This document shows, one piece after another, positions 1 to 11,586 of a DNA stretch of 35,365 nucleotides. Under the pieces are notes generated by a model. The model saw only the letters and a program-made list of their open reading frames with translations. It was not told where the DNA came from and made no database searches. Made by a program: the position numbers and the translations under genes. The first letter of the stretch is position 1; each line of letters begins with the position of its first letter. The DNA lies in contig CDMY01000660.1 of the NCBI GenBank assembly GCA_001179505.1, forward strand, positions 1 to 35,365. The letters are read 5' to 3'. This stretch comes from Vitrella brassicaformis CCMP3155. Its lineage: Eukaryota; Protista; Chromerida.

Positions 1-1257
1 GTGGTGGGGGGCGAGGGGCAGCAGACGGGCGAGAAGCCTCGAGTGGTCGCGCTGGGGGGCGAGGGCGGCATTGATGGCCGACATGACGACCTCGGACAGC
101 TCACTCAGCACTATGGCGTACTCAGCCAGCACCAGGTGACGATGACGGCCGTCCCTCTCGGTTGCTGTGGGTATGCGGGCGATGGATGGGGCCGCACCGC
201 TCCGCAGCAGCACACGGATGGTGGTCTTGTGCTGGCGGATCCGTCTTGAGTGCCACTCGCCCAGCGCTTCTCCCTGTCCATGCTGCTGCTGCTGCTGCTG
301 TTGGATGACGATTCTGAGCATCTCGGCAGCGACGGCGAGTGGTGTCCGATGAGGCTGGGGGGGCCTTCCTCGGTTGATGTCATCGGCTGTGATCCGGCGG
401 CACAGCCACTCAGCCAAGATGGCGGAGCCAGCTTTTGCTGCCAAGTGCAGTGGCGTGTAGCCGATGGTGTCTCTTGCCGTCATGTCGGCTCCGTGGCTGG
501 TGATGAGGGTGAGGTACTGATCGATGAATTGCTGGGAGAAGGTGGAGGGGGCGGTGGCTGCCAAATGGAGCAGACTGTCTCCAGCAGCGGACCGTTCGGC
601 TGCGAGAGTGCTGTCGTGTTGGATCAGCCTGCGATAGATGGACATGAGGGCAGCCTCGTACTCACGAGTGGGTGGAGGGGCAGCACCACCGACGCAGGGA
701 AGCTCCATCACCGGGCCCCAAATTCCCCGCACGTCGGCCTGACGCGCCAGGAGGACCTCCACAGCCGTCATATTGCCCGCACCAACCGCCACTCTGATGG
801 GCCTGTCCACCCCCATCAGCTCGCACCCGCCGCCATTGATGTCCGCCCCGCCGTCGATGAGTGCACTGAGGATGTCACGCTGCAGCTGAAGGGAGGACCA
901 CTGTGGCGGGACGACGGGCACCTGGGAGTTATCAGCGCCGCGCGCACGGAGGAATGGATAGTTTATTGGGCTGTCGATTGCGAAAGACAGGCAGCTGTAT
1001 CGCCAGCGCCAGTAAGGGGGTCCTGTGGCGCCGCGGACAAGAAGGGCGCCGATGGCTCTCGGGTTGGCTCCTTGCTCGATCAGCTGTGTAACTTGGCTGA
1101 CGTGAGTGAAGCTGCGGCGAGCGCAGCCCTCCAACAGCTGCCGACTCACAGCACTCACGCCCGGACTAGGAATAATGATGTCGACGTCGTCCAGCCCCTT
1201 ACAGCCGGGCGGCAGAGGAGGAGGTCCTTGTGATGCGGCAGAGGACGATTGGGCCAT
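1..1257 (-). CDS. Intronless ankyrin-repeat protein of a lineage-expanded family, copy 1 (3' end beyond window)
   Basis: Manual minus-strand translation from ATG 1257 gives MAQSSSAASQGPPPLPPGCKGLDDVDII..., including a canonical ankyrin-like segment DTIGYTPLHLAAKAGSAILAEWL and a polyQ tract. The frame stays open to base 1, so it is absent from the ORF track. It is colinear with the ORF at 5715..7286. Confidence 0.85.
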   Translation of the reverse strand, partial: MAQSSSAASQGPPPLPPGCKGLDDVDIIIPSPGVSAVSRQLLEGCARRSFTHVSQVTQLIEQGANPRAIGALLVRGATGPPYWRWRYSCLSFAIDSPINYPFLRARGADNSQVPVVPPQWSSLQLQRDILSALIDGGADINGGGCELMGVDRPIRVAVGAGNMTAVEVLLARQADVRGIWGPVMELPCVGGAAPPPTREYEAALMSIYRRLIQHDSTLAAERSAAGDSLLHLAATAPSTFSQQFIDQYLTLITSHGADMTARDTIGYTPLHLAAKAGSAILAEWLCRRITADDINRGRPPQPHRTPLAVAAEMLRIVIQQQQQQQHGQGEALGEWHSRRIRQHKTTIRVLLRSGAAPSIARIPTATERDGRHRHLVLAEYAIVLSELSEVVMSAINAALAPQRDHSRLLARLLPLAPHH

Positions 1258-1600
1258 TACAATGAGTCACAGCCCTGCACATACACATACACACAGACTC
1301 ACACGGTCACTTGCAAATCCTTCCTCCTTCCAACGTTGCTGGCGCACCTGCTCAGTCAGTCGGCGGCCGCCACAGCGAAGCCATTGACGGCACCTGCAGT
1401 GAGAACACACCGAGAGATGCCACCCAGCCAGTGGTGCTTTGCTTTTCCGTCACATGCCCTTCATCGGTCCATTCATACCATCAGCAGGTGAATCGGCAGC
1501 CCAAGCAGACTCCAAAGACAAACGCTGCTTCTCCGTTTGCTGCTTCACAGACGGGGCAACATCTGACAAAGCGGCAAACAGGGAGGTCACGCCTGTTCGG
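1258..1600 (-). promoter_or_regulatory. Upstream/5'UTR blocks shared with ankyrin paralog 2
   Basis: Blocks such as CCTTCCAACGxTGCTGGCGCACCTGxTCAGTCAGTCG, GTGGTGCTTxGCTTTTCCxTCACA and ACAGGGAGGTCACGC recur in the same order at about 7284..7497. Function is inferred only. Confidence 0.45.
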
Positions 1601-2140
1601 TTTTTTCGTTTGATTGCTTCCTTACAGTGTCTGCTGACGTGGACAAGCTGTGAAAGAGCCGTTTTGCTCCGCTTTCTGCCTCTGCCCACACCTTTTCTGC
1701 CTCTGCCGCCTGCGAGCTTGGTGGCGCGCAAGACGTGTTCATCCAGAAAGGAAAGAAAGGTCAACCGCGGCCTCCCGCCTGCTGCTCCATCCATAGCAAC
1801 TCATGAAGGTAGGTTCCAACCGCGACAGAACAAGAGGGTTGTCTCCCCTTTCATGTATCTACTTCTTCAATTGTTAACACAAGAGAGAGAAGCAATCGCT
1901 TTAGATCTTTCATTGGTTTGCAGGCGTGTTGTGAAGCCGACGAGAATGCCGGCAAGCGGCCTCGTGTGGACACTTATGACTCATCGCTCGCTGCTGCTGG
2001 AGGTGGGAAGAGGGACCCGTGAAGGGAACAGATCAGACTCACTCATGGCCGGCTGCCTTCCTTGTGTGATGCTCTCTCTCTCTGATGGCGGATGTGGCAC
2101 TGGTGCAGCTGTAGATGGAGGTCAGCAGTTGGACCAACAG

Positions 2141-5034
2141 ATGCGGCCCGTCATAGACTGGGTCAGCGACAGAGCCACCTGAATGGACGACACACGCAGG
2201 CACACTTGTTGGCTATGTGTATGCCCGTGTGTTCATTCATTCCGTCAGACTGACAAGGCGAATGTCCGCGGGCTGATCCCTCTGTTAAAGAAGGTCAAAT
2301 CGCTCGGGGCGCAGACGGCGGCCGTGCTGTCAGAGGTGCGACCATACGTCACCCCCACACTGGCCGACAAGGTACACACACACACGTATGCGCCCATCTC
2401 CCTCTGTCTGTGAGTGCTGATGTGTGTGTTGGCAGGTGCCGGGCCTGTCGAGTAATCTTCAGACGTTGGAGCAGTCAGTCGCGTGGCGATATGACACGCT
2501 AAGGGGTCTCATCAAGACACTCGACAGCGTGGCAGTCGCCAAGCCGCCACTCCCTCAGCCCATCGCCAAGAAACCCCTCCCGCCAGACGCCAAAATATCT
2601 CAGGCACGCCACAGATCAGCCCAAACATCCACACACACGACATGTGTGCCCCTGTGTGTGTGGTCAGCTCGGTCGTCCGTGTCTGGACGGCCTGCCGCCC
2701 GACGTGGCGCACATTGTGTTGGCCTTCCTGCCCACCAAAGACGCCGCGCCCCTCTCACGCGCCAACCGACCGATGAAATATCGCGTCATCGACGACACAA
2801 GAGGCGTGTACCGCCACTTGGTCATTGGTGTGGACGAGCGAGAGTGGTGGGATAAGGGCATTCGGAGGAACGCCGGGCGGACACTCGAGGACATCGGTAT
2901 CCATGGCGACATGAGGAGCGAGGAGAATGAAGAGCAGCGGGAGGGAAACGATAATAAGGGGGAGGGCGACGGGGCGGACATCAGACGGCAGAGAGAGAAC
3001 GAGACGCTCAACAACCTGAAGCAGAAACTGGTGGGTGGGTGGGCGGGCGAGGACAGAACACCAACTGACATGCTATGTGTCTGTCTCTTTGCAGAGTCGG
3101 TTGCGAACAGTACACATCAGCAGTCACTGGAGGGCCCTCTCCTTCCCTCTCGAGTGCATCTCACGACACCATCAAGCGCATGAAGCTCTGCGACACCACG
3201 GGCTACCCCTTCAGCGTGCCGACATCGCCGGCCACTGTGGCCTTCTCGCAGCTGGAGGAGCTCTACATCGAACCCTGGCCACATGGGTAAGCATCAGTGT
3301 TCCTATGGTCACACCCAAGATGTGTCCTGTGACATGCGTGTGTGTGTGCGTGTGTGTGTAGCTTGGGTCTCTTCACGCGCAGAGGAGGGTGGCAGTTTCC
3401 ATCTCTTCTTTACCTGCGAGTTGGGAATCGAGGCCTTTATGACCATGGTGTTAGGCTCATCCTGGAGCGTGCCCCCAAGCTAAAGTTTCTGTGTAGCAAT
3501 CACACCTCTTACATGCAGCCGCTGCATGCTGCTGGAGTAATTCTGTATCCCTCCTTCTTGTTTGCAGCGATCGAGCAGCTGAGAATCACCGATCGTGAGC
3601 AGGATGAGACCTCCGTCAGGCCGAACTGCCCGCACCTCACCACCATCGAGTGGGTTCAGCTCAGAGACAGCCATTGGGGCATGGCGCGGGACTTGGGCGA
3701 GCTGAAGCGTGCTCTCGATGCGATCTGGGGGAAGGCCAGCATGCCAGGTGAGTGAGCCAGGGGGTGGGTGAGCCAGCGAGCCAGAACAGACTTGCTGAGT
3801 TGCGTTTGTGTCTCGCTGCCGGGCAGGAGTCGAGAAGAGGCTGGGCCTGCGGTGCGCTGAGGGCTTCTCGTCGCCCTTCGTGGTGCCCTTGGCCAGTGAG
3901 CTGCTCCATCCCACAGACTCTGATGCTATCGGCCTTCCAGACTTCCTCGACTGGGCATGTAAGTTGGTTGGTACAACAAAGCGACAAGTGGAGGACTGGA
4001 GAATTGGAATGCTTAGCATCTCTCTGTTGTGTGGGTGTCTGCAAGCGTCGGTGAAGTGCACGGTCGAGTGGACGGCGCGTGAGGTGGTTGTGGACTGCTC
4101 CAGGGACCTCGTCATTTCGCCTCCTGCACCCACTGGCCCCATCGCCAAAATGATCAAAGACATCAGCAGCACGGCCGATAAGGTAAGCAGCGCAGTAAGA
4201 CAAGAGGCCTCCAAGAGACGAACATTCACTTCTGCTCCCTGTCTGTCTGCCTGGATGCAGGTGACTCTGCGGTGTGGCGGGAAGCCTCTGGACCAGTCTT
4301 GGGCCGGCCTGCTTTCTTTCACAAAGGCCACCACGCTATCGGTGAAGGGGCTGGGGTCGTCTCGGACCCTTTCGAGTGTGCCCCAGTGGATGGCAGCAAA
4401 GAGCGAGACCACCGGTGGCAATCGCCACCTGCCCAACATCACCAGCCTCAACCTCACAGGGGGCGACGGCTATCGGAAGCTGTGTGGTGACGTGCGTGCA
4501 GGGCTTGATGGCCTGGGTGCGTTGCTGGGCACATTAGACAGGCTCACGACAGTCAGTCTGACCCGTTTGCCGAACCTGGGTATGGCATCGTTTTGCCTGT
4601 CGCAGCTGCCCCCCACTGTCGAGCTAGAGAGTGTGTGTGTGGAGGCATCAGTGTGTCGCTCAGGGGTGCCCACCATCTCTGACTCTGCCCGATACCCTCA
4701 CATCGCCTCGCTAAGTGTCGAAGTGATCGATAGCGGCACGATAGATGAGGTTGCGTCTGGCGTAGCCTTTGCCTCTGCTCTGCGGCCGGCAACCGTCTCT
4801 CTGGAAGCGTGCGGCCGTCTGAGTGCTCTGCACAATCGGGAAGGGGGTGAGAGCAGAGAGGCTTATTGCCGTTCCGTAGTCGAGCAGTGCATTGATCAGG
4901 CAGAGGAAGCCCACTATGGGCTGCTTGCCGATGAGAGCAAGCCGATTGAAGAAGACGAGGAAGGGTTCTACGAGGAGGAAGTGGGTTACTTCTCTAGTGT
5001 AGTGCTGAAGGTGGCGCGGCTGCCATCTGTTTAG
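2141..5034 (+). CDS. Multi-exon F-box domain protein (lineage-specific; start uncertain)
   Basis: Spliceable exons join in frame (introns 2162-2248, 2372-2435, 2604-2667 and others). The motif LDGLPPDVAHIVLAFLPTKDAAPLSRAN near 2683-2766 fits the F-box consensus. There is a long terminal coding block with LRR-like LxxLxL segments, ending at TAG 5034. Confidence 0.65.
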
Positions 5035-5552
5035 CCTCTCCTGGGTGTAAACATACACACACCTCTAGCTACCTGGCTGGCTGCATGGTGATATGATAGA
5101 TAGACAAATGCGGGAGGGGAGGGCGTGGGTGCTGCATGCTGCCGACGCCGTCAATGCATGTCTGTCTTTAATTCACAGCTGAATTGATCTATCTCATGCT
5201 CTTCGCTTCTCAACCACAGTGCGATGTGATGAGCGTGATCCCGCGTGTCGTGCACTGCCCGTAAGGACCATTACGTGAGTGCAATGGCGCGGGTTCAATC
5301 AAGCGTAGTACGGATGAATGAATGTGGGTCGACCCAAAAGCTACGACCGGCGCAAGAGACGCTTCTGTCTCTTCGTGAGGCCACGCAAAAGAAAGACACA
5401 TTTGAAATGAATAAAGTCAGTGCTGTCTGCATCCACACACCAAGCACGGCGAGACTCGCCAACATAACTGTCATAAAACTGGTACAAAGGAGTGAAATAT
5501 ACAGTCACTTTCACCCCCCGACACTGAAGTTCTCTCCCCGTTTCCCTCTCAC

Positions 5553-7283
5553 TCATTCGATGCCCAGCGGCATAAAGAGGCCGGTCCTCGACAGATGCCC
5601 AGCTGGCCCCACGCGAACTGGCAGTCCTGATCGCCCAGATGCTCGTTGAAGCCCTTGACCACACCATGCACGCCATGCAGTGCCGCCTCGTCCAGCCGGG
5701 CCCGGTGCACCACCTCACGCACACCCACCAGGCGGGGCCCCACACCATGGCTGCCCCTCACGGCGAAGCACTGCAGCGGCGGGACGGTCACCTTGACGCG
5801 CTTGTCGCCCTGCTGCTGGTATCGCGTCCCGCCCACCACCTCCCTGTTGCTGCTCGTCTGGGTGGGCCGCCGACTTGACGAAGTGGCCGACGGCCGCACC
5901 CACGCGGCGCCTCAGCAGCGACTCGCCAATGAGGTACTGGTTGATGGCGGCCACAGCAGCGGGGGGCTCGTGCAGGAAGGCGCCGATCTTCCATCCGATG
6001 GCCTCAGCCTCGTGTGGGCCGAATGCCATGTTGGATGGGGAGGGGTGGGGGTGGGCGCCGTCGTGGTGGGGGGCGAGGGGCAGCAGACGGGCGAGAAGCA
6101 GCGAGTGGTCGCGCTGGGGGGCGAGGGCGCCGTTGATGGCCGACATGACGACCTCCGACAGCTCATTCAGCACTGTGGCGTACTCGGCCAGGACCAGGTG
6201 ACGATGACGGCGCTGGTCGGTTGCGGTGGGCAGGCGGGCAATCGATGGGGCCGCCCCGCCCCGCAGCAGCACACCGATGATGGTCTTGTACTGGCGGATC
6301 CATCTTGAGTGCTCCTCGCCCTGCTGCTGCTGTTGCTGGATGTGGCGATTGAGCCAGTCGGCAGCGACGGCGAGGGGTGTGTGGTTTGGCTGATTCGTCA
6401 TGCCTCTGTTGACGTTGTCGGCTGTGAGATGGCGGCACAGCCAATGAGCTACACAGGGAGAGTTACGCAATGCTGCCAACTGTAGTGGCGGGATGGCCCT
6501 GTTGTCTGCTGCCGTCATATCGGCTCGGTGGCTGGTGATGAGGGTGAGGTACTGGTCGATGAAGGACTGGGAGAAGAAGCTCGAAGGGGCCATGGCTGCC
6601 AAATTCACCAGACTGTCTCCACCGGGCCCGCCCCGCTCAGCTGCGAGTGTGCTGTCGTGTTGGAGGAGCCGACGGAAGACAGAGATGGTGGCGTCCTCGT
6701 ACTCACGGGTGGCGGAAGGGGCGGCACCACCGACGTAGGGAAGCCGCATCACAGCAAATCCACGCACGTCGACCTGTCGCGCCAGGAGGACCTCCACAGC
6801 CGTCAGATTGCCCGCACGAATCGCCACCATGATGGGCGTGCTAGACCCTCCGCCTCCACCCGCATTGACGTCCGCCCCGCCGTCGATGAGTGCATTGAGG
6901 ATGTCATGCTGCAGCTGACGGGAAGACCACTGCGGCAGGACCACCGGCACGGAGCCATAGGCGCCGCTCTGCGCAGAGAAGGATAGGCTGTCTGTTGGGC
7001 TGTCGATGGCGAAAGACAGACATCTGTATCGCCAGTACGGGTCGTCTGTGGTGCCGCGGACGCGCAGGCCGCCGACAGCTCTCGGGTCAGCTCCTTGACG
7101 TATCAGCTGTGTGACTTGGGCGGCCTCCGTCACGGTGCGGCGAATGCAGCCCTCCAGCAGCTGGCGAGTTACAACACTGACGCCCTCATCGGGGACGATG
7201 TCGACGTCGTCCAGCCCCTTGCAGCCGTGTGGCGGCACAGCCGGAGGAGGTGCTTGTGATGCGGCAGACGACAATTGGGCCAT
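5553..7283 (-). pseudogene. Intronless ankyrin-repeat family protein, copy 2, with apparent +1 and -1 frameshifts near the 3' end (pseudogene or sequence error)
   Basis: ATG at 7283, colinear with copy 1. After ...HFVKSAA the main frame becomes nonsense-like and stops at 5715, while plausible protein (TQTSSNREVVGG...EAALHGVHGVVKGFNEHLGDQDCQFAW) continues in another frame (ORF 5549..5899). The original frame resumes as HLSRTGLFMPLGIE* ending at 5553. Confidence 0.6.
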
Positions 7284-7497
7284 CACAATGAGTCACACCA
7301 CTGCACAAACATTGACAGGCACACACAGTCCTTGCAAGCCTTCTTCCTTCCAACGCTGCTGGCGCACCTGGTCAGTCAGTCGACGGCCGGTGGTGCTTGG
7401 CTTTTCCATCACAGTGAATCAGCTTCACCATCCGCTTCTCAACTCAACAGGGCTCAACACGGCTCGACCAACAGGGAGGTCACGCAGGCTCGGCTCC
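7284..7497 (-). promoter_or_regulatory. Upstream/5'UTR blocks shared with ankyrin paralog 1
   Basis: Visual alignment to 1258..1600; see that feature. Confidence 0.45.
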
Positions 7498-7656
7498 TTC
7501 ATTTGTTGCCGAAGAAATCAGCTGTAGCGCTCCTTCATTCGTGCGATCCAAGCTCGCAAATTGAATCCCCAGCTTCTGCGCTGACAGGCGGCCGACACAG
7601 ATCTGCTCATTGTAGGCCCTGACGTGACGTCGGTTCGATCAATTCATTTGTCGTCG

Positions 7657-10600
7657 ATGGGTAAGAAAAAGGAGGCGGGCAGCAAGGCGGCCAAGGACGC
7701 CAAGAAGCAGAAGCAGCAGGCCAAAGCGCAGAAGAAGCGGCAGAAGGAGCTGGGCGGCGACGATGACGAAGATCTCGACGCCATTCTCGCCGAGCTGGAT
7801 GCGCAGGAGGTAAGCGCCGCTGCGTGCCGACACGCAGACACCGACAGACGCAGCTGCCATGTGGACCATTGGGACGTGCTTTGATTCATGTTGGTCAGGC
7901 CAAGAAGAATGCCATCACTGTGACGCCCTGCGACCAGCCCGGGCCGAGGACGGGTGCCAGCCTCACTCTCATACCCTCGTACCCACACAGCAAGAGCGAC
8001 CCATGGGCCCTACCTTGATCCATTGTGGTTCCTCAACTCGTTGCTGTCGCTGTCGTGTTTTGCTCTCTCACACAGTGGGGAGTTGGTGCTGTTTGGCGGG
8101 GAGTATTACGACGGGCAGCGGCCGCGTGTGTACAACGATCTGTACAAGTGGAATGTCGAGAAGGGCGAGTGGCGCAGGGTGGAGGGGGCGGGGCCGAAGC
8201 CACGAGTCAGCCACCAAACCGTCCTCTTCAAGTGAGGCGACAACAACAAGACAGAGAGAGAGAGAGAGAGGATGAAGAGATGAGCGTGAAGGTGCCTGGC
8301 GTGTTGTCTTTCTGTTGGGTTGCAGGGACGACTTATATGTGTTTGGTGGCGAGTTCTGCACCCTGTATGAGTTCCACCACTTCCGCGACCTCTGGCGCTT
8401 CGATTGCAAGGCCAACGCCTGGAGTGTGGTCGAGACGACCGGCACATCGCCATCGCCCAGAAGTGGCCACAGAATGGTCGGTCGGGGGAAGAGGGCGGCA
8501 CCACACAGACACACACACACACACACACACACACGAAGGCAGAGAGGTGGATGAACGTATGTTGCTGTCCCTGCTGTATCGATCTATGTGTGTGTGCGTG
8601 TGTGCGTCAGGTTGTGTGGCGCAATTTCCTGGTCCTGTTTGGGGGTTTCTACGAGACGGTTCGCGAGACGAAGTACTTCAACGATCTGTACTACCTCAAC
8701 CTGCAGAACCTGCAGTGGACCAAAGTCGAATACGGGCCTCACGAACAGGTGGGTGATTCATGACGCACACACACGTATGTGGGTGTGTACCAGGGGGGTG
8801 GAGGGGGAAATGAGTGTGTTAGCCCTCTCTCTCTCTCTCTCTGTCCGTGTGTCCGTCTAGGTGCCTGCCCCTCGCTCAGGGACGTTGATGTGTCTGTATC
8901 CCGGCGGCGACTGCCTGTACATCTATGGTGGCTACTCTAAGAACAGAGATGCCGGCAAAATTCACCAGGTGAGTCCTCCATGGCTCAGTGGCGAATCCGT
9001 GCACCTCCCTCCTTCTCTGTTTCTGTTGTTGACGCATTCAGGACTGTTGGATGTTGAACCTGAAGCCTCTTGCTGGCGGCGGTGGCAGGCCCCACTGGGA
9101 GCGGGTCGGCAAGAAGGGCAACCCACCATCAATTAGAGCAAGTACCCACACACAAACACACACACAAGCAGCATGAGCAGTCCCCTCCCCTCCACCCTTC
9201 ACTGGCCCGGTTCGTCTGTTCATTCGTGTGTGTGTGTGGTCAGGTGCGTCATCGGTGGTGCACAAGAACCTGGCCATTGTGTTTGGCGGTGTGTACGACG
9301 AGGACGACGGCGGCCTCTCCATGACGTCGGTCTACTACAACGACCTCTACGCCTTCGACATGGAGAGAAGGTCAGTGACATGACCCCACACAAGTCCTTT
9401 GTGCCGTGCTCTGCTCTTCCTGCATTTGTACGTGTGTGCAGGCGCTGGTACCAGCTTGCTCTGCGGAAGAAGGCGTCAGACCAGGCCGACAAGAAGAAGA
9501 AGCGCACGCGGAAGAAGGCCAAAGGTCAGCTGGATGGCGGGGGCAATCTTAAGACGCACATCCGTTAACCACAACTGATATTTGTTTCCTCCCTCCCCAA
9601 AACCCGCGCAGATGGTGCGTCGGAGGTGGACGAGTCAGAGGCGGGTGATGGCGGTGAGGAGGAAGAGGACGATGAGGAGGATGACGAGATCATCCGGGAC
9701 GACGATGACGACCTCTTCGTTGCCAAGGTGGGGAGGCGGAAACCAATGCATGAGTGTGTGTTGTGTGACGGATGTCATGTGTCATGTGTCATGCGCTGTG
9801 CGTGCAGGAGGGGACGTTCGGATACATCGATCAGTTTGGCAAGCTAGTACGGATCAGAATCGATGGTAGAAAAGGCGACCACACAACCAACACACCCAGA
9901 CACACCAGCCAGCACGTGGGTGAGATCCCTCCCCTCTCCCCTGTTGTCAGATGCCGACCTTCCCCCCGACCTCGACGCAGCTCTCGAGGAGAGCAAGAAG
10001 GCCGACACACAGGCAGCACCCACAGAGGGCGACACGCCATCACAGCAGGACACGGAGCCCTCCACAGACCAGCCCACAAGCCCAGACACAGACGAGAACA
10101 AGGGTGACGAAGATCAAGATGAAGGAGAAGGAGAAGACGGTGAGGGCGACGAGGGCGATTGGGTGACCAACCAGCTGAAGCCGGAGGTGGACACGCCCCT
10201 CCCGCGCATCAACGCCATGCTGGCCATGAAGGGGCACACTCTGTATGTGTATGGCGGCTTGGTGGAGCTGGGCAAGAGGGAGGTCACGCTTGACGACTGC
10301 TGGGCACTCGACCTCAACAAACGGTAGGTGGGACGGTGCGGCAGATGGCGGATTGCACTGGATGGATGTCGCCCGTGTGTGTGTGTGTCAGTGAGAAGTG
10401 GGAGTGTGTGTTGAAGGGCCGACTGGACGAACAGACGTGGCTCGACGAGTCCGACGATGAAGATGAGGAGGACGAGGGAGACGAATCCGACAACGGCGAC
10501 GAGGTATGTGCTCAACAGACTACGCACACTACACACAACAGGCATACACACACCCACGTGCATTTGCTCTCGCCCTGCAGGGCGATGGTGAGACCGATGA

Positions 10601-11228
10601 CGAGAGCCAGCGTGCGGGCAAGGGCAAGGCGGGCGACATCAAGTCCATCCGTGAGGAAATGACCAAGCTCAAGGTACGGCAGCTGACATGGACCCCAAGA
10701 AGGGAATCAGTCAGTCTGTCTGTCTGTCTAATGGATGGATGGCTTCATGTTGATGCAGGAGCAGCTCAACGTGGATGACCTGAAAACCACTCCTCAGCTG
10801 GGCGAGAACCTCCGTCACTTCTTCGAGAGAACCAGGGACCACTGGACCGACCTCTTCATCAAAGGTAACCACACACACGCGCCAAACCACCACACGCAAC
10901 ACATGACCTACGACATATGACACACGAAGCGCAAAACACAACGCATCCATGCCATGTCGCTCTCCTTCTCCCTCTGCTTGTTGCAGAGGAGGCCGCTAAG
11001 GCCGAGGAGGCGTCGAGCAGCTCGAGCGAGCCGCCCCCGGTGCGGCACCACCGCGACGTCAAGGAGATCCGTCGTGAGGCCTTCGTGTTGTGTGAGGAGC
11101 GGTATGAGGCGCTGCGTCCGCTGCTGCGTCGGCTGGCCGAGCTTGAGGAGGAGCAGAACGAGTGGGAGGCGGTGGAGGGCAAGAAGGCAGGGGCGGGAGC
11201 TGCTGACAGAAGGAAGGGCGGCAAGTAG
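7657..11228 (+). CDS. KLHDC4: Kelch domain-containing protein 4 (KLHDC4/Kel3-like), multi-exon
   Basis: Basic N-terminus MGKKKEAGSKAAK... followed by acidic DLDAILAELD. Repeated kelch motifs (LVLFGGEYYDG..YNDLY, LYVFGGEF..FRDLW, LVLFGGFY..YFNDLY, LYIYGGYS, IVFGGVYD..YYNDLY, LYVYGGLVE..LDDCW). C-terminal TPQLGENLRHFFERTRDHW...RREAFVLCEERY resembles the DUF4110-type tail. GT-AG junctions restore frame where checked. Confidence 0.88.
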
Positions 11229-11586
11229 AGTGAGTGCCTGCTGGAGGGATGGGTGGGGGTTAGTGAGTGGGTGGCTATTGGTGAGTGGCTGGATCGATGA
11301 CATCGTTCGTGTGTGTGGGGCAGTCAGCCATGTCCAGGCGATTGGCGGGGATCATTGACCTGGCTGTCAGAAACAAAAGGAAACCCTGCCCTCTATTTGG
11401 CAACGCACCCAAACGGAAAGGCGTTTGCGGCTGCAGGCCAGCGAAAACGAAAACCTTCCTTGTTTCTCCAGCTTAAAGCTTTCCCTTCCCCCGAAAGCAG
11501 CTAGCCCTCCCGTCCGCCTTCCTGCCTGCCCAGCCCAGCGTCGGGTACCCTCCCTCCCTCCTCCCCCTGTCGAGGGGCGCTCCACG

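Noticed and set aside
250-1233. 327-aa plus-strand ORF (and similar ORFs at 5646..6308 and 6528..6986)
   Set aside because: These are antisense shadows of the GC-rich ankyrin CDSs. The minus frame carries the recognisable motifs.
7621-7645. GGTTCGATC resembling a tRNA T-loop/B-box
   Set aside because: There is no cloverleaf or A-box, the B-box match is incomplete, and it lies in the KLHDC4 5' leader.
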